Shown here in pieces: positions 38,268 to 52,710 of a DNA stretch of 64,000 nt; the stretch's first letter is position 1, and every line of letters begins with the position of its first letter. Position numbers and translations under genes: made by a program. Under the pieces are notes generated by a model, which was not told the origin of the DNA, ran no database searches, and saw nothing but the letters and a program-made list of their open reading frames with translations. The stretch comes from Lama glama (taxonomy: Eukaryota). The stretch covers positions 106,456,001 through 106,520,000 of the forward strand of contig CM052817.1 in assembly GCA_028534125.1 (NCBI GenBank). The letters run 5' to 3'.

Positions 38268-40303
38268 TAATGTGATTGACATTTTTAAAAGACACCTTTG
38301 GCTGTTTGACACAGATCAGGCTCTAAGAGGCCAGGTTAAAATCAGGGACACCAGTTAGGACTGCAGTGGTCCAGGTAAGAGGAGGCAGTGGTTTGCATAT
38401 AAGTGGTGACACCAGAGGTGAGACAAATCCAGTGATAGGTTTATAGTTAAAAGCTAGCGAATTTGTGGGAGGACAGAGGTAGGAGGTGGGGGGAGGTGAG
38501 ACAAGAAAGAACCTTTCATTTTTGACTATAGCAACCACGTTGTAGGCAGTACAATTTACAGGGATAAAGGTTTCAAAGGAGTCACTGTATTCTGTGAAAA
38601 AATCAAGGATTTTGCTCGAATAAATACTTGTTGAAATAAAAAAGGAAATTAAATATTTTTACAGAGAGAGATTCTCCAAATGTCACTGCTGACATTTACA
38701 CATGTATTAAGGAACCAAATTTGCAAATTTTCAAATTAGTTAAAGGGGTTTTAGGTATTTTAAACTGCGGATTTCTTCATAAGTGTAATACAATTCATTG
38801 TTTCATGATAGATCCCCCCCAATTTTCTGATTTCTAAAAATGAAAAAAAAATGTGACTCATTGTTTCTAAAGAAGCTTTCTACTCAAATTGGATGTCACT
38901 CTGATTGCAGGTGTGCAAAGAATGATTAAACTATGATACTAAAAATATGTGTGTTGCCAAGTTAGAAGAGGAACTGTGTGTTCAAGAATGATGAATGAGC
39001 CCAAAATTCTTTCCTGAGTCTTGATTATTTAGGCCTTTGATGTTTCTGCATTGTCAGCTAAGAAGAAAATTCTGTTGTTTTACAAACAGTTCTCTAATGA
39101 TAACAAACGGTCAAATTCAACTTGGCAAAGCCCCTTTTTCCAGAGAATTCTTTCTAGAGATGGATGACACAGCTGCTTCCATATGCCCACCCTTTCTACA
39201 AAAGGTATGACAACATTTAAAAGGATGAGCTGAAAGGAACAGGAAAGCCACGTCTTAAACAAATTTCTTTTCAGTTAGGTGAATCCCTTTTGCAAGGCCA
39301 CAACCTTTTATGTTATTTTAGCTGATTGGATCGCCCTGTTTATAGGGAAATCAGAAGGATGTTACTGAAGAAATTTCAGATGCCACATAGCTTGACCTTA
39401 AACCATCGTGATGACCTCTGAACCAGTTTGTCTCCTCTTTGTCCCTGAAAGTTGCATGAATAGTAAATAAAAGTGTATCACCAGAGGTTTACACAGGTGC
39501 TGTGTAAGCCCAAGAATGTAACAACGCAGCAAAGCTTGAGTCTGAAAGCTAATAAATCAAGAACTGGTCTGTTTAGTAAAACTGCGACAGCAGCTTGGCC
39601 AGTTGATAGCCTTGACAGCCACATTGAATTAAATCAGAAAAAAAAAAAGAAAGAAACAAAGAAACAATTGTGCTCCATTGTTTTATTCCTTTAAAATCTA
39701 ATAGAAACAGAAATACAAGTGTTTACCAGTCCTTTAGCAAAACAGACTTTTCCAAAGATGAATGTATCCACCTGTGTTATACATAAAACATAGATCATGT
39801 CGGCAAGCACTAGATTTCTCTCATGGTTAGAAGTTATGTGACTTAAAATTTGCTCTCTAAATTCAGCAGTTAAGGGAGGTGAATCATTTCTCTGCCAAAA
39901 CATAGAGGAAGAGAAGTTGTTTTATTGATGCATTCATTTAGGAAGCCCATGGTACCTCATTAACTAAAAGAGTCAGATAAACCTGCAACAATTTGCAGAC
40001 TATTCTGTCAGACTCATTAGGGATTAAGTAGAAGTGCAGCAAGCCAATCCATGAGGACTGGGGAAAGGTAATCAGGTAAGGATCTGCGGTATAATATTAA
40101 CAAACATTGCATTTATGTATAACTGGTATTTGCTTGAGTGCTTTTTCTCATATCATGACTTATTGATAATCCGTTATAACTGATCCAGATTTTGAACTGA
40201 GAGTGGAAATTCTTGTAACAAGTTAAAACATGCAAATCAAAATAAATTGTTGTACAAATGTAAGCAAACAAATTATATTATTTTAAAACCTTGTATTTAA
40301 AGG

Positions 40304-40345
40304 AATCATATTAAAATACAAAGAAATCATATTAAAATACAAAGA
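40304..40345 (+). repeat. Perfect 21-bp tandem duplication (aatcatattaaaatacaaaga)x2
   Basis: Seen directly. Confidence 0.95.
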
Positions 40346-40427
40346 ACAAACATCTATAACAAATATTTGACAGCTTTTAAAATCCATTGTATTTTTTATT
40401 GTATCTTAAAAGCTGCTATTATATCTA

Positions 40428-40610
40428 GAGGCAGTAGAGTATTCAGACACAGTTTCTGTAGTCAGAATTTCAGTGATGGCTGTGTGACTCCAAGTAAGTT
40501 ACTTAACCTCTCTGTGATCTAGTTACCTCCTTTAAAATGAAGTCTAATAATGGTACCTACCTCCTGGGATTGTTGGATTTCATAAATAAATGCAAGTAAA
40601 ATTCTTTAAA
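40428..40610 (+). mobile_element. MIR
   Basis: 'gctgtgtgactccaagtaagttacttaacctctctgtg...taataatggtacctacctc'. Confidence 0.85.
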
Positions 40611-40721
40611 TAATTCTCTAAAGAATAAACAAGTAAATTCTTTGAATTCTTTAAAAATAATACAAATAATCCTTTAAATTTGTCAACAATGATACAGTAT
40701 TCGCTATTTTTATCATATCTA

Positions 40722-40900
40722 ATCAGGATTTTTTTCACTTTTTGTGTACCATGGACTCCTTTGGAAGTCTAGTGAAATGTTTGTCATAGTAATGTTTAAG
40801 TACTCCAAAAAGTAAATAACATTATAAAGGAAATTATTACATTGAAATATAGGAAATAGAGTTCTAGCTGCAGGCTCTAGGGTTTTGAGAACACAGGGTA
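40722..40900 (+). mobile_element. hAT-Charlie-type DNA transposon relic
   Basis: 'ccatggactcctttggaagtctagtgaa...aaaggaaattattacattgaaata' resembles remembered Charlie-family MER consensus. Confidence 0.5.
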
Positions 40901-42376
40901 AAACCCTTGAGCTTTCTTTTATAATCCAATCTCTGCTCATGCAGTATCATTAGCTAATTTATTGTGTTTCATGAGCAATTTCATTGTTCATTTAGAAGGA
41001 CAAATGAGGACTTTTTATTGTTTTACACTAATTCTATTCTGAAAATGTAGATTATGTCATACATATAAGTAGGTATATTTGCAAATATTTCCAATATCTT
41101 CATTCCATTAATGTCTCTAAAATAGACCATTTCTAAATCGGAGGTAGAACACTTGGACAAATTTAAATGTCATCAGTATTCTAAAGTAATCAAGTGAGGT
41201 GCTGAGTGATAATCCACAATACCTCTGGAACAAAAAAAAATTAAATAGTAACATTAAATATATACAAAGCGTTTTTTTTCAAAAATATAAAATTAATAGG
41301 AAGACAATTGCTTAATTGCTTATGTATAAAAGTGTCCTAAATCCTTGTAACTAGATACAGCAAAGGACACTTAACAAAAAAGTCAATAATAGGTCAGATA
41401 CAAAGTAGAAGGAAATAAAATCTGCAAACAGACATTTATGAAGACTTCTTAAAGAAAACAAAACAAATCTTAATTAACATTGTACCAATAAGCACTGAAA
41501 ATCCTGGTAAATAATATTTTCTGTACATCCCACTACAAAACAGGTAGAAATTTAGTGAATTCTTACATTTAACCCTCGTGCAATAATTCTGTTAGAAAGT
41601 TCCTGCAGTGGAATTGCTTTACCCTTATCAGTTATAAGACCTATGAAACAAATAATGCAGTACATTTTTAATTATACAAATAAATGATTTGAGAAACATT
41701 ACTTGAACTAAGACTTTGAGATCTATAATGCATTAGTTAACATGCTCTTAAAATTAATTGCCAAATAATGATAAACAGGGATTAATACGTCTGAAAAGAG
41801 CAGTTATTTAGTAGTTTTAGTGCTATTTTCTTCATACCAAAAAGTACTGAAATCATAATCCAAACAATGGGAAAAACTCAGGGGACAGCATTTCATCAGT
41901 ACTAAATGCACTTCCCAAGGGAAACCTTGAGCAGAAAAAGGAAGAAATCACTGGTGTGCAGAATAGACATGTAATTGATACTAACAGTTGCTCAGGGGCA
42001 ACTTAAACACAAGTTCTATTCATTTGTCCCTTATTGTTTAATTTGAAACCAAACAATGCATTATTAAAAACCATAAAATGCATTTCTGTCCTTTGGAGAG
42101 TTTTTCCAATAAAACTTGGGAAGAAGCCAGCTTCCTGAGATCACTTTTAGTTTCAGCATTTCCTATTTGATTTAATTACCAACCAAGAGGAAGTTTACAG
42201 TTAAGATCCAAATAAGTTGGTAAGCAGATAAGATTCCAGTTGTAGCCAATTCCTCTCCATTCTGTTTGAATCAGTTCAACAAAAATGCCAAGGCCTGTAC
42301 TTTACATAGTAAAGTCAATGTCAGACTCTCTCGAGTCACACCATCCAAGATGCCACATTTTAAAATCTTAAGTAAC

Positions 42377-42380
<4 letters not shown>

Positions 42381-42429
<49 letters not shown>

Positions 42430-42445
42430 TTCATGCACACACACT
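42381..42445 (+). repeat. Compound (CT)n(CA)n microsatellite
   Basis: Seen directly. Confidence 0.97.
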
Positions 42446-43526
42446 TTTGCAAAGAAATGATTTTACTATTTCAGGAGGACTGAGATATAAATCTGTTCTA
42501 TCATAGAAAAATGTCTATAGAAAGCAAAAAATTTAGAAAAATTATTTATATACAGATAACTTTGCATTTAGCTTTAGAGCATTTGTGGCAGGGTCTCAGA
42601 CTCTGTAGTTTAACAGCTACAAGTTGAGATTTACTGTGAGCCTATTTCTAAAACAAGACATCTTTGCTTGCCTGACTATGACCAATTAATAATTAAATAA
42701 AATTCCCAAAAGTTCCCAAAAGATTAAACAATTAGAGCTGCTTTTTCAAACCCAGACAACACAAGAGCATACAATAATTCAACAAGATATTAAAAACACA
42801 ATAAAATAATGTGCACACACACACACATCCACACACCAGTAGGTTTATATCTAACTATGTAGGGTTTGCAATCTTGCTGGAATTTAACGTTAAAAAAATA
42901 AATAAAATCTTATACACTGCTCTTCACTGTCATTACATTTCTGGGCTATTTCCATACACATGGGAGAGAACCATTATAGGAATCTTTTTCAATCAGGTGT
43001 TTAGGCGTTTAGCCCTGCATAACAAAGTATAATTAGGCAGAGATTATCAAGTGGTCTGTCTGTATTTTATCAGCCAAAACAAAAATCGCTCTGATACTGG
43101 TTCTTTTATGGTTATTTGACAATGTCTTAAGAAACACATGGCAGGTGTGTGCTGTTGCTATAATGAGTCGTTAAGTTTTCTATCTTCACTCATCCATTGT
43201 TGGAATTTCCTAAATTTCCTTGCAGTCTTCATGGGTTGAGTACACATTCTGTAGCTGAACTGCCAGGATCAGAATCCTGGTTCTACTACCCGCCAGTTGC
43301 GTGAGCATGGGTATTTACCAATTACACCAAAATATTAGTTTTGAGGAGCACTGATTGATTCTTCAAGATGAGATGAAGTGTTGGAGAAACGGAGTTTAGT
43401 AGAGCTCTCCTAGGGAGGCACAAGGTTCATCGATTTACTAACGGCTCTGAGAAGTTAAGATCTATTTTACTGATGTTTCCCCAAGTTTATTTTGATTATA
43501 TTACCCAATTTTGTCTCTTTGTTTAT

Positions 43527-44155
43527 GAAACTCTAATTTAAAAGTACATATGGTCCCCATTTTTCAGAGCAGCACTGTTTACAATAGCCAAGACATGGAA
43601 ATAACCTAAATGTCCATTGACAGATGACTGGATAAAGAAGCTGTGGTATATTTATACAATGGAATATTACTCAGCCATAAAAAAGAATAAAATAATGCCA
43701 TTTGCAGCAACATGGATGGACCTAGAGATAGTCATTTTAACTGAAGTAAGCCAGAAGAGAAAGATACCATATGATATCACTCATATGTGGAAACTTCAAA
43801 AAAAAAAAGGACACTATGAACTCATCTACATGGCAGAAACAGACTCACAGAAATAGTAAACAATCTTATGGTTACCAGAGAAAGGGGGTGGGAAGGGATA
43901 AATTTGGGAGTTTGAGATTTACAAATGTTAGCTGTGATATATATAAATAGACTGAAAAAAGGTTTCTTTTGTATAGCACAGGGAACTATGTTCAATATCT
44001 TATAATAACCTTTAATGGAAAAAAATATGAAAATGAATATATGTATGTATATACATGACTGGGACATTGTGCTGTACACCAGAGACTGACACATTGTAAT
44101 CGACTGTGCTTCAGTTAAAAAATAAATAATTAAAAAATAAAAATAAAAAATAAAA
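43527..44155 (+). mobile_element. Truncated L1 3' end
   Basis: ORF 43617-43856 'DDWIKKLWYIYTMEYYSAIKKNKIMPFAATWMDLE' is the L1 ORF2 C-terminus; A-rich tail. Confidence 0.96.
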
Positions 44156-44159
44156 TTCT

Positions 44160-46150
44160 CTCCTACATTATTCTTTTATTATTATTTTAGTGATTTCAAA
44201 AGCTACCTTTTTAGTACCTAAATCTCTCTTTCAATGATTTTCTGTCCTGGTTAACCTCTTCCTCTTCTTTCCATGACCTTGTCATGACAAAGGACTGTAC
44301 CCTAGACAATCTCAGTTTCAAACATCTCACTCTCCACTATTGCTTCCCTCTGAATCTCCTGCTCTCTGGTACCCTTGCACCCAAATGCCTCAATTGCACC
44401 AAGATCTCTTTTCACCAATCTTCCACTGATCTTCACGTCCTCAAGTCTCTCCTACTTAGTGTAGATGACATGCCCCATTGCTAAAATCACTGCCTGAACA
44501 GACCCTCAATTCTCTTGCCTTCTTTGTTTTACCCACTTGTTCCATTCACAGTACAAAATTCTAATCCTGCTGACATCCAGTGAAATCTGTATTCAGTACC
44601 TCACCCACTCAGACGAATATAGATAAAGACACACAACCGTGCAAAATGTTTTTTGATTTTAAAATCAAATCCAGTAACCACAGTGGCTCCTAATAACCAT
44701 CTGTTGATTGTACTGATTTCCAAATTTACCCTCCAGAATCTCCATTTACTCTCCAACACTATTTTACAACTTTTCCTCTCTCTTCTCATCTCTAAAATCT
44801 CCACCCCCTCCTCACTTCCAGTATCTCCTTTCTCTTTTTCACTGAAAGAACTAGAAGTAGTTGGAAGAAAACTTTCACAAGCTCCCATCATTACGCTCAC
44901 CAGCTCACCTGCATCTCAACCTGGACATCAATTGTCATTGCTCAGAGGGAAGCTAACTTCCCACTTGTGCACTGGATCCTCAAGTTTCCAGCCTATACCT
45001 TTTTTCTCTTGCATCATCAAATATGCCCAGTGTGTGACTACCTCTCTTCACCTCCCTAATGACACTAAGAGCCCGTTATCATTTCTCAGTTGACGTACTG
45101 CAAAAAGTTCTACCCAACCAGTCTCTCCATGTCCCTGCCTCTCCTACAATATATCCTCAACACAGCTGCCAGGGTATGACGTTCCTTTGCTCAAATTCCT
45201 CGGATGTTTTCTGGGTCATACAGAAAATCTAGCATCCTTTCCATTTCTTTTTTTTTTTTTAATTTCCAAAAGTTTACTTGTTGGCTCTGTTACATTACAT
45301 TTTTTCTATAAATATATGATAAGCTTCCCAGCTCATCAGATTAGTTTCTTTAATTCATAATGAACCTGAAATATGACATTGTACTACCCACAACTAATTC
45401 TCATTTTTGTGAATGTTCCTTCTAACATTTGAAGCTGGCTACCTGGTCTCCCTCATCTTCTGTGTTGCATACTTTAAATTTTCTTTTTATCTATATATAT
45501 GTGTGTGTGTGTGTGTGTATGTATATATGCATATATACATACATATTTATTTACTTATATATTTATTTATATTTATATATTTACTGAAGTAGTCAGTTTA
45601 CAGTATTGTGTCAGTTTCTGGTGTACAGCATACTGCTTCAGTCATACATGAACATACATACATTTGCTTTCATATTCTTTTTCACCATAAGTTACTACAA
45701 GATACTGACTATAGTTCCCTGTGCTATACAGCATGAACATGTTGTTTATATATTTTAGATATACTAGTTAGTTTCTGCAAATCTCAAATTCCCAATTTAT
45801 CCCTTCCTGCCCCCTTCCCTCCCACCACCGTAACCACACCTAGTGACCTGGCCTTTCTGCACATCCTATTTCTGTCCCCCTTACTCTGTACTCCTGGTTT
45901 TCCTTGAATGCATCACCTCACCTTGGGGTCTTTGTCTGTGCTTTCTCTCTACTTAAAAACCGTCCCCCAAGATCTGCATGGATTTCTCGCTCATTTTGTC
46001 AGGACTTTCTTCAATACCGTTTTATAGTTCTCTGATTACCTTATTAGAAATCGCGTCAAGACTGACCAGGGAATTTTGCCCTCCTGCCTTGCTGTGTTTT
46101 CCCACATAGTATTGCCACTAGCTGATATTTGCTGGGTTAATATTTGTTGA
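44160..46150 (+). mobile_element. Long degenerate L2, interrupted at 45248-45837
   Basis: C/T-rich L2-like sequence, including 'ttcccacttgtgcactggatcc' and 'cctcaacacagctgccagggt...cctttgctcaaa'. Confidence 0.7.
45581..45837 (-). mobile_element. Truncated L1 3' end (with candidate 3' transduction extending to 45248)
   Basis: Reverse complement of the L1 3'UTR; tail decayed into TA/TG microsatellite 45490-45580. Confidence 0.92.
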
Positions 46151-47069
46151 GTTATTCCTATGGATAATCAAAAATCAGCGGGATACCAAGGCTCTCTGAA
46201 GTGTTGCTCAACCTCTAAGCCTTTAAACTACAAGCAGCACTACTGGAAAAGACAGGTGCATTTACACAGACAATAACCCACATGTGAGCAGACCTACCAG
46301 GTCATTCCCACCACTGCATCCAGATTCACCCGCAGTGCTGAGTCTTCATCCCAATGCTAATCCCATCTCAGATGGCTCCCTCCCGTCATTCACCTTTTCA
46401 CATGCGACTTTAACAATTAAATGGGAGGCTTCACTATTTGCTTCTGTTCTAGTGTGCTGTGGGATGCAGCCATCTGCATTTTTGTATTATTTAGTTCATT
46501 ATCCCAAACATTAAGAACCATCCACACATTCTCTTTATAGACATGAAAACTTATAAAGAACAGCCACTTCCGTTTTTTTCCTAAGAATGTCCAATGAAGA
46601 TTAAATCCAATAATATGTAAAAATATTTCACACAAGTGTTTTAAGGATATTCTGAAGCCCATTTTTAGAGCAAACACTTAATGTACTGGGTTAGAATTAA
46701 GCAATAGCTAGTAAGCTCTCCAGATACCGAAAAAAATAAATCAGATATTGTCATGCCAAGGTTTGCTCTTTTGTCAACTGGGAATCAGGAAAGGGAGGCA
46801 ACTTAAACTCCAAGTCTGCTAGCAAGGCTGCTCCTGTGATTCGAAGAGAACCCACATAAATCAGTGATGTGGCAGAGCGTTCCACTCACACATTTATCTT
46901 GTGACTTCCGTTCTGACACTTCAGACATAACTCAATCAAATGCTAAAGCAACCCTCCATTAAATTTCGACACAGGAGAATTCATGATGATCCTGTGGATG
47001 ATAAAAAAAAAATTCAGGGACACTGCAGGAACAAACTATTCACTGTATGACTAACAATATTTACAACTA

Positions 47070-47290
47070 CCAATTATGAGCTGTGTCCTGCCTTAGGTTA
47101 GGACCTTTATGTACACCATTTTTAAGACTCAAAATAGGTTTCCAAAAAGTCATTCTTACTCAATACTACAGAAGACAAAACTGAGATTCAGAGGAGTTAA
47201 TATATGCCTTTAGCCAAACAACTAATTAATAGTCAAGCTGAAATTGTATCTTAGGTCTATCTTACTTCAAAACTCTTATTACTTAAACTA
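47070..47290 (-). mobile_element. MIR
   Basis: 'tacagaagacaaaactgagattcagaggagttaa'. Confidence 0.7.
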
Positions 47291-47879
47291 TGTCAAGCGT
47301 CCTCTCACAATTATACTTTGTAAAGCTCTTAAAAATAGTCAGTAAATAAAATTTAAATCTGAAGCAAAGAATTCTTAGTGACAATTACTAATCAAATTGA
47401 TATCTGTACAACTCAAAGAAAAATTGCACAGAAGAATGGATATAGAATTCTTCATTCAGACTCTATGAGAATGATCACATTATTTTATATGTATAAATAA
47501 GGTTAGGAAATGCCAATGAATTATACTTTATGTCTTTAGTTATTACTAACAAATGGCCAAATATGATTCAGAGATGCATATAGAGTTAGATAAATGTTTA
47601 TATGACTTTAATTCTAATTCTCTGTGTCCTGTTACCATTATAATATTTCCAAATTTGCTAAACCTAATAAGCATAACATAAAGAAATAAGATACAAAGGA
47701 AAACATATAAATTTCAAAGATTTTTGTGTGCAATACATAGAAAACGCTTTTTGTTCCTTACCTGATGTTGACCTTTTTGGATTCATACCAAGGATTAAAG
47801 CAGAAAACTGATTATGGCCAGTATTTTAAATGCCAAGGGAGAATATAGCCATGCCTTAAAGCACAAAAAACAATGAAAT

Positions 47880-49500
47880 ATATTGTAATAATATCTACGA
47901 TAAGGATGAGTGCAGAAACTTTGGAGCCCTAAGGAAGGAGTAATGGATTCTGTCCAAGATGGAGGAGTCAGAGTTGGTGGCAGAAAGACCTCAGAGAGAA
48001 GATGTAATTTGAGTTATGCCTTGAAGGAGGAATGAATTCCACTGGGTTGAAAGGAAGGAAATAATATTTCAGGCAGACAGAACAACACAAACAAAGGCCC
48101 AGAAGAACAAGAGAGCACGACTAACTTGTTTCAGTGTTAGAATCCCCTGGAGTCTAGAATATAGGGTTCTTGGAAGTAGACGGTGGGGAGAAAGCTACAT
48201 GGAGTTGGAGCATTGAAGATTTTCATAAAATGGAAGGGTTTAGATAAAAAATAAATTCAAACTTAAATTTACACAAAAATAACTCTGAGTATCACTGAGG
48301 TTGAACTGCAAGGTAAAACTGTTACAATAGTCTAGTTTGGAAAAGAAGTATGGTGGTTTGGATTAGGGATAAGACACGTCATGGTAAGGGTATTTCTGAA
48401 ATAGAACTGAGAGGACTTGAAGGGTGTACTTCATCCTTTGACTGTGGAGGGTGAGGAAGCTTAACACAGATTTTTCTGAGGTGTCCAGCTTGGACAACTG
48501 GATGGTTGACTATTACATTCAATGAGCAGAAGACATAGTGAACTTGTAAGAGATGTTCACTTTCAAATAATAAAATCTGATTTCTCTGCAAAGCATTTCA
48601 AGTAGATAGACTTAGCAGACAGGTGAAATAGGGGTCAGGAGAAATCTGAGGGTTAGAAAGACACAATCTAGCATAATTAAAGGGTAACACAGGGTACCAG
48701 TCAGAAGCTCAGAATCAAGTCTGAACTCCATAGTTGTACACTGACTCCAACACAATTAGCTGCATCACAGCCAGCACTCAGTTTAATCTCTCGTTTTCCT
48801 TATTTGTGCTGTGGAAACAATATGAGAATCTACACCACTGGGTCTGATGAGAATTAGGTGAAAGAGTGCAAATTAATTTTCTAATATTAGGAAAACGTTT
48901 AATAAAAATGACTCATTAGTATTCCCATCAGGGAATAGCTAATCATTTAAGTAACGGAAGCAGGTAAGATTGGCCAGAGAAAAGCACAGAACAAGGCAGA
49001 AATTGAAAAAAATTGAGATGACCCAAATCTAAGATATTTCTGGAGAAACATGAACAAAATTGCCTGGAAAGTGATATGGCCAAAACCAGAGCACAAAGAG
49101 TACAAGATGGCAGTATTGTTCAAAATTGGCAAATACTTCAGAGAAGTAAAAAGGTCACTGCAGAAAACTGAACACCAGGCATTGGGACTGGCAATCAAGC
49201 ATGTGATGAGGGATGTGGAAATAATATTAAACTTGTAGCCATCATTACAAAGTTTAAAATTCATTCAAAGCTGGAACATCCTTAATATCTACTGGAAAGC
49301 CCGCTATATGCTGGGAATTGTAATTTAAGACCAAAGTTCATAATGCAGACAAGAGTTGTTACAATACTGCAGGGCAATCCTGCAATAACCAGGGTGAGTC
49401 CAATACAGAAGAGGTAAGAACTAGGACCAGGAAGACAGACATGGAAAGACATTCCATGAAGGAGGAATATCAGGAACAAATGCATAAAACTGAAACATAA
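47880..49500 (-). mobile_element. L2 fragments with an interleaved MIR
   Basis: Purine-rich L2-antisense motifs 'ttgagttatgccttgaagga' and 'ccagcttggacaactggatgg'. Confidence 0.55.
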
Positions 49501-50779
49501 TTCAGCTTTCACCTGGATTTTAATGAAACAGTTTAATTACATTTCTTCCTTTTGATACAAATGTTTGGAAAAGCGAGGAGGGAAGCAGTATCTAAACAAG
49601 TAACATTGCCTAAGCTTTAGTGATATTTTCAGAAACAATCCTCTTAGTTTATACAATGTGATCATATCAAGGAATCCTTCAAAGAGCAGCATGGAGATTC
49701 ATGTAGTTGAAATAGAATACAGCTTACTTTTAATATTTTAATTTTTAAAAATATATTGTGATTTATTGGAAAAAAATTTTGAGTCATTATCAAATTTATT
49801 ATACAAATATAAAATAATTCTATTAGTATAAATAAGGACCCCAAACACTCATTTTCTGAAAAGAACGTGTTCAGCAGACCTGTGGATATAAAGGTTGCCC
49901 TGGTGGTGAATTGTATGATTTTGCTGCCTTATTAAATGTAATAATTACCATCATGTAATAAATCAGAATGGATGTATCTTATAAATAGTACAGATAATCC
50001 TCAAAACTATAAAATAAAAACATATCTATAATTACATGATTCATTTTTCCATATTATCACTGAAGCCATACCATACTTCTCTTTGGATACTAAATGCTAA
50101 AAAAAAAATTTCTTCTAAATACTCAATTAATTTTTTTAGGTGGTTGATTGTCAATTTTTATATTTTATCTTTTTTGTGCAAGCTTTGCAATATATACACA
50201 ATGGGAGAAAAAGAAATAGTTGGTTCAAGACTACTTATTTATTTTTATTTATTTATTCATTCATTCATTTATTCATTTATTCATTCCTTAATGACTTTAA
50301 GTTGACAAGGTATCTCAAAAAATCCACAATAATTAATATTCAAAGTATATAACTGGAATGTTAATGACATTCAATGTTGTTTAAAATAAATCAGGGACTA
50401 AGTAGCATCTTTAATGTGATTTGTATGATTGATGCTTAAATGTCTGGACAGTTTATATTTAATGACACTTTATGGGAATTAAAATTTTTTAAAGTCTATA
50501 CTGATTAGAGATTTTTAATTCATCATTGTGTTAACTAGAACTGAAGTTCAAGCAGAAAAATTCTCTTGTTATTAAGCGCAGAATTTCTTATATCCTTCAA
50601 AAAGAACACTTAAAAACAATTGCTTTAGTCAGACATTTAGTGAAGGTTTTATAGATTATCGAGATGACTGTATGCAAAATGAAGGCAAATAATATACATT
50701 ATATGTACTTACAGTTTATGGTTAGTCCGACAAGATACATTAAGGATAAAACTTACTGTTTAAAAAATTAAGTTAGCCT

Positions 50780-52710
50780 TCCAGTTTCCAGTCCAACATG
50801 TAATAAACTTGGAAAGCACCGCTTTGTCCCAACACCAAGTCAAAAAACTGAACTGAAAAGTACCAGCTCTCCTCTGGTCTATAACAGAAGCAAGGTCACA
50901 AGGCGAACTGCTTATCTTAGCCCGTTTGGGCCACTATAGCAAATACCGCAGACTGGATGGCTTACCAGTGTCAGAAATTATTCCTCACAGTTGCAGAGGT
51001 CTGAAAGTCCGAGGTCAGGGTGCCCGCAGGGTTCAGTTCTGGTGAAGGCCCGGTTACAGACCGCTGACCTCTCTGTGTCCTAAAACGGTGGGAAGAGCCA
51101 GGAATCTCCCTTGGGCCTCTTTTTTAAGGGTATTAATCACATTCTTGAGGGTCCTCATGACCTAATCACCTCGCAGAGGTCTACTTTCTACCACCACCTT
51201 GGGCTTTAGATTTTCAGCATATGAATTGGGGGGGGGGGGCACAGACATTCAGACTATAACATCACAGCAGGTGAAACTGGAGAGCCCACCAGCAAATAAA
51301 AGAATCACAACTCGTCTGAGTAGGAGCCCGCAAGCTGAGACCTCTGTGGGGCCCAGCGCAGGGGAGGGAAACCTGGATGGTAGCTAACAGAGGGCTGACG
51401 GCTCAGTGCGGACAAGACTGATCGTCAAAACTCCAGGGGCCCTAGTCATAGGGGGCTCCACGTTAATTTTCATTTCCAGGAGCTTGACCTTGTTCTTGCA
51501 GGGAATATCAGCTAAGTTCCCTCATGCTTCCTGAAGGAGGAGAAGAAAAGGAAGACTTTTGAAACATCCTGAATTGCTCTGTTCTTAGTAAGTTCTGCCT
51601 TCAGAAGAAACTAGCTGGAGATTAACCTGCTGGAGTTTTATCAGAGCTTAGTTGACCTGGGGGAAAGGAAACATCCAACTCTAGCCAGTTCTAGCCGTCC
51701 ATGTGGGAAAGGGAAATGCCGGCTTACTTCAGCCATCCTGCCCCACCTGCGACGTCCAGAGGTACAGGCTCACTGACGCACCTGAGACCTAATCACAGAC
51801 CTAATCTCAGGATGCTTTCCATGTCCCTACACCTCAGCAACACATTACTAAAGACCTATTTATTGCAGCTTCTTTTACCCAGTACATGTCCAGCTACCAA
51901 AAAAAAAAAAATTACAAGGCATAGTAAAAGGCAGAAACTCATGGAAACATAAATAAATCAATAATTCGAGACATAGAGCTTACCTAGTTCACAAAACTAG
52001 GTAACGTCAGAATCCATGAAAGAAAAAAAACCGATGAACTGGACTTTGGTAAACTTAAACTTTCTGTTTTTGAAAGACACTGTCAGGAGAATGAAAAGCT
52101 GAGTCACAGACTGGAAGAACATATTTGAGAAAGGCACATCTGATAAAGGACTGCTACCCAAGATATAGAAAGAACTCTTAAAACTCAATAATGGAACAGA
52201 CAACCAAATTTAAAAATGGGCAAAAGACCTAAGACATAGTTTATCAAAAAAGATATACAGATGGCAGATAGGCATATGAAAGCATGTTCTACATCATATG
52301 TCATCAAGGAAATAAAAACTAAAACAGTGGGATGTAACTGCACCCCTATTAGAATGGCCATCACCCAGAACACTGACAACACCAAATGCTGACGAGAGTG
52401 TGGAGCAACAGGAACTCTCATTCATTGCTGACGGGAATGTCAAATGGTACAGATACTTTGGAAGACCATTAGGCAGTTTCTTAAAAACTAAACAAACTTT
52501 CACCATACAATTCAGCCATGGCACTCCTTGATATTCGCCTAAAGGAGTTGAAAATATGTCCACACAAAATCCTGACCAGGGATGTTAATAGCTTTATTCA
52601 TATTTATCAAAACTTGAAAGCAATCAAGATGTCTTTGGTAGATGAATGGATAAAAGAAACTACAGTACATCCAAACAATGGAATATTATTTGGTGAAAAA
52701 AATGAATAAT
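50780..52710 (+). mobile_element. Old L1M element fragments (5' region and ORF2 3' region)
   Basis: L1 motifs 'tctgataaaggactg', 'aaaaatgggcaaaagacct', 'gtggagcaacaggaactctcattcattgctg'. Confidence 0.8.
50913..51261 (-). mobile_element. MLT1A-type MaLR LTR nested in L1
   Basis: 'tcttagcccgtttggg...ctcacagtt...catgacctaatcacctc...acattcagactataaca'. Confidence 0.9.

Noticed and set aside
44653..45093. 146-aa ORF
   Set aside because: Lies in degenerate L2, has a non-ATG start and S/L-rich composition
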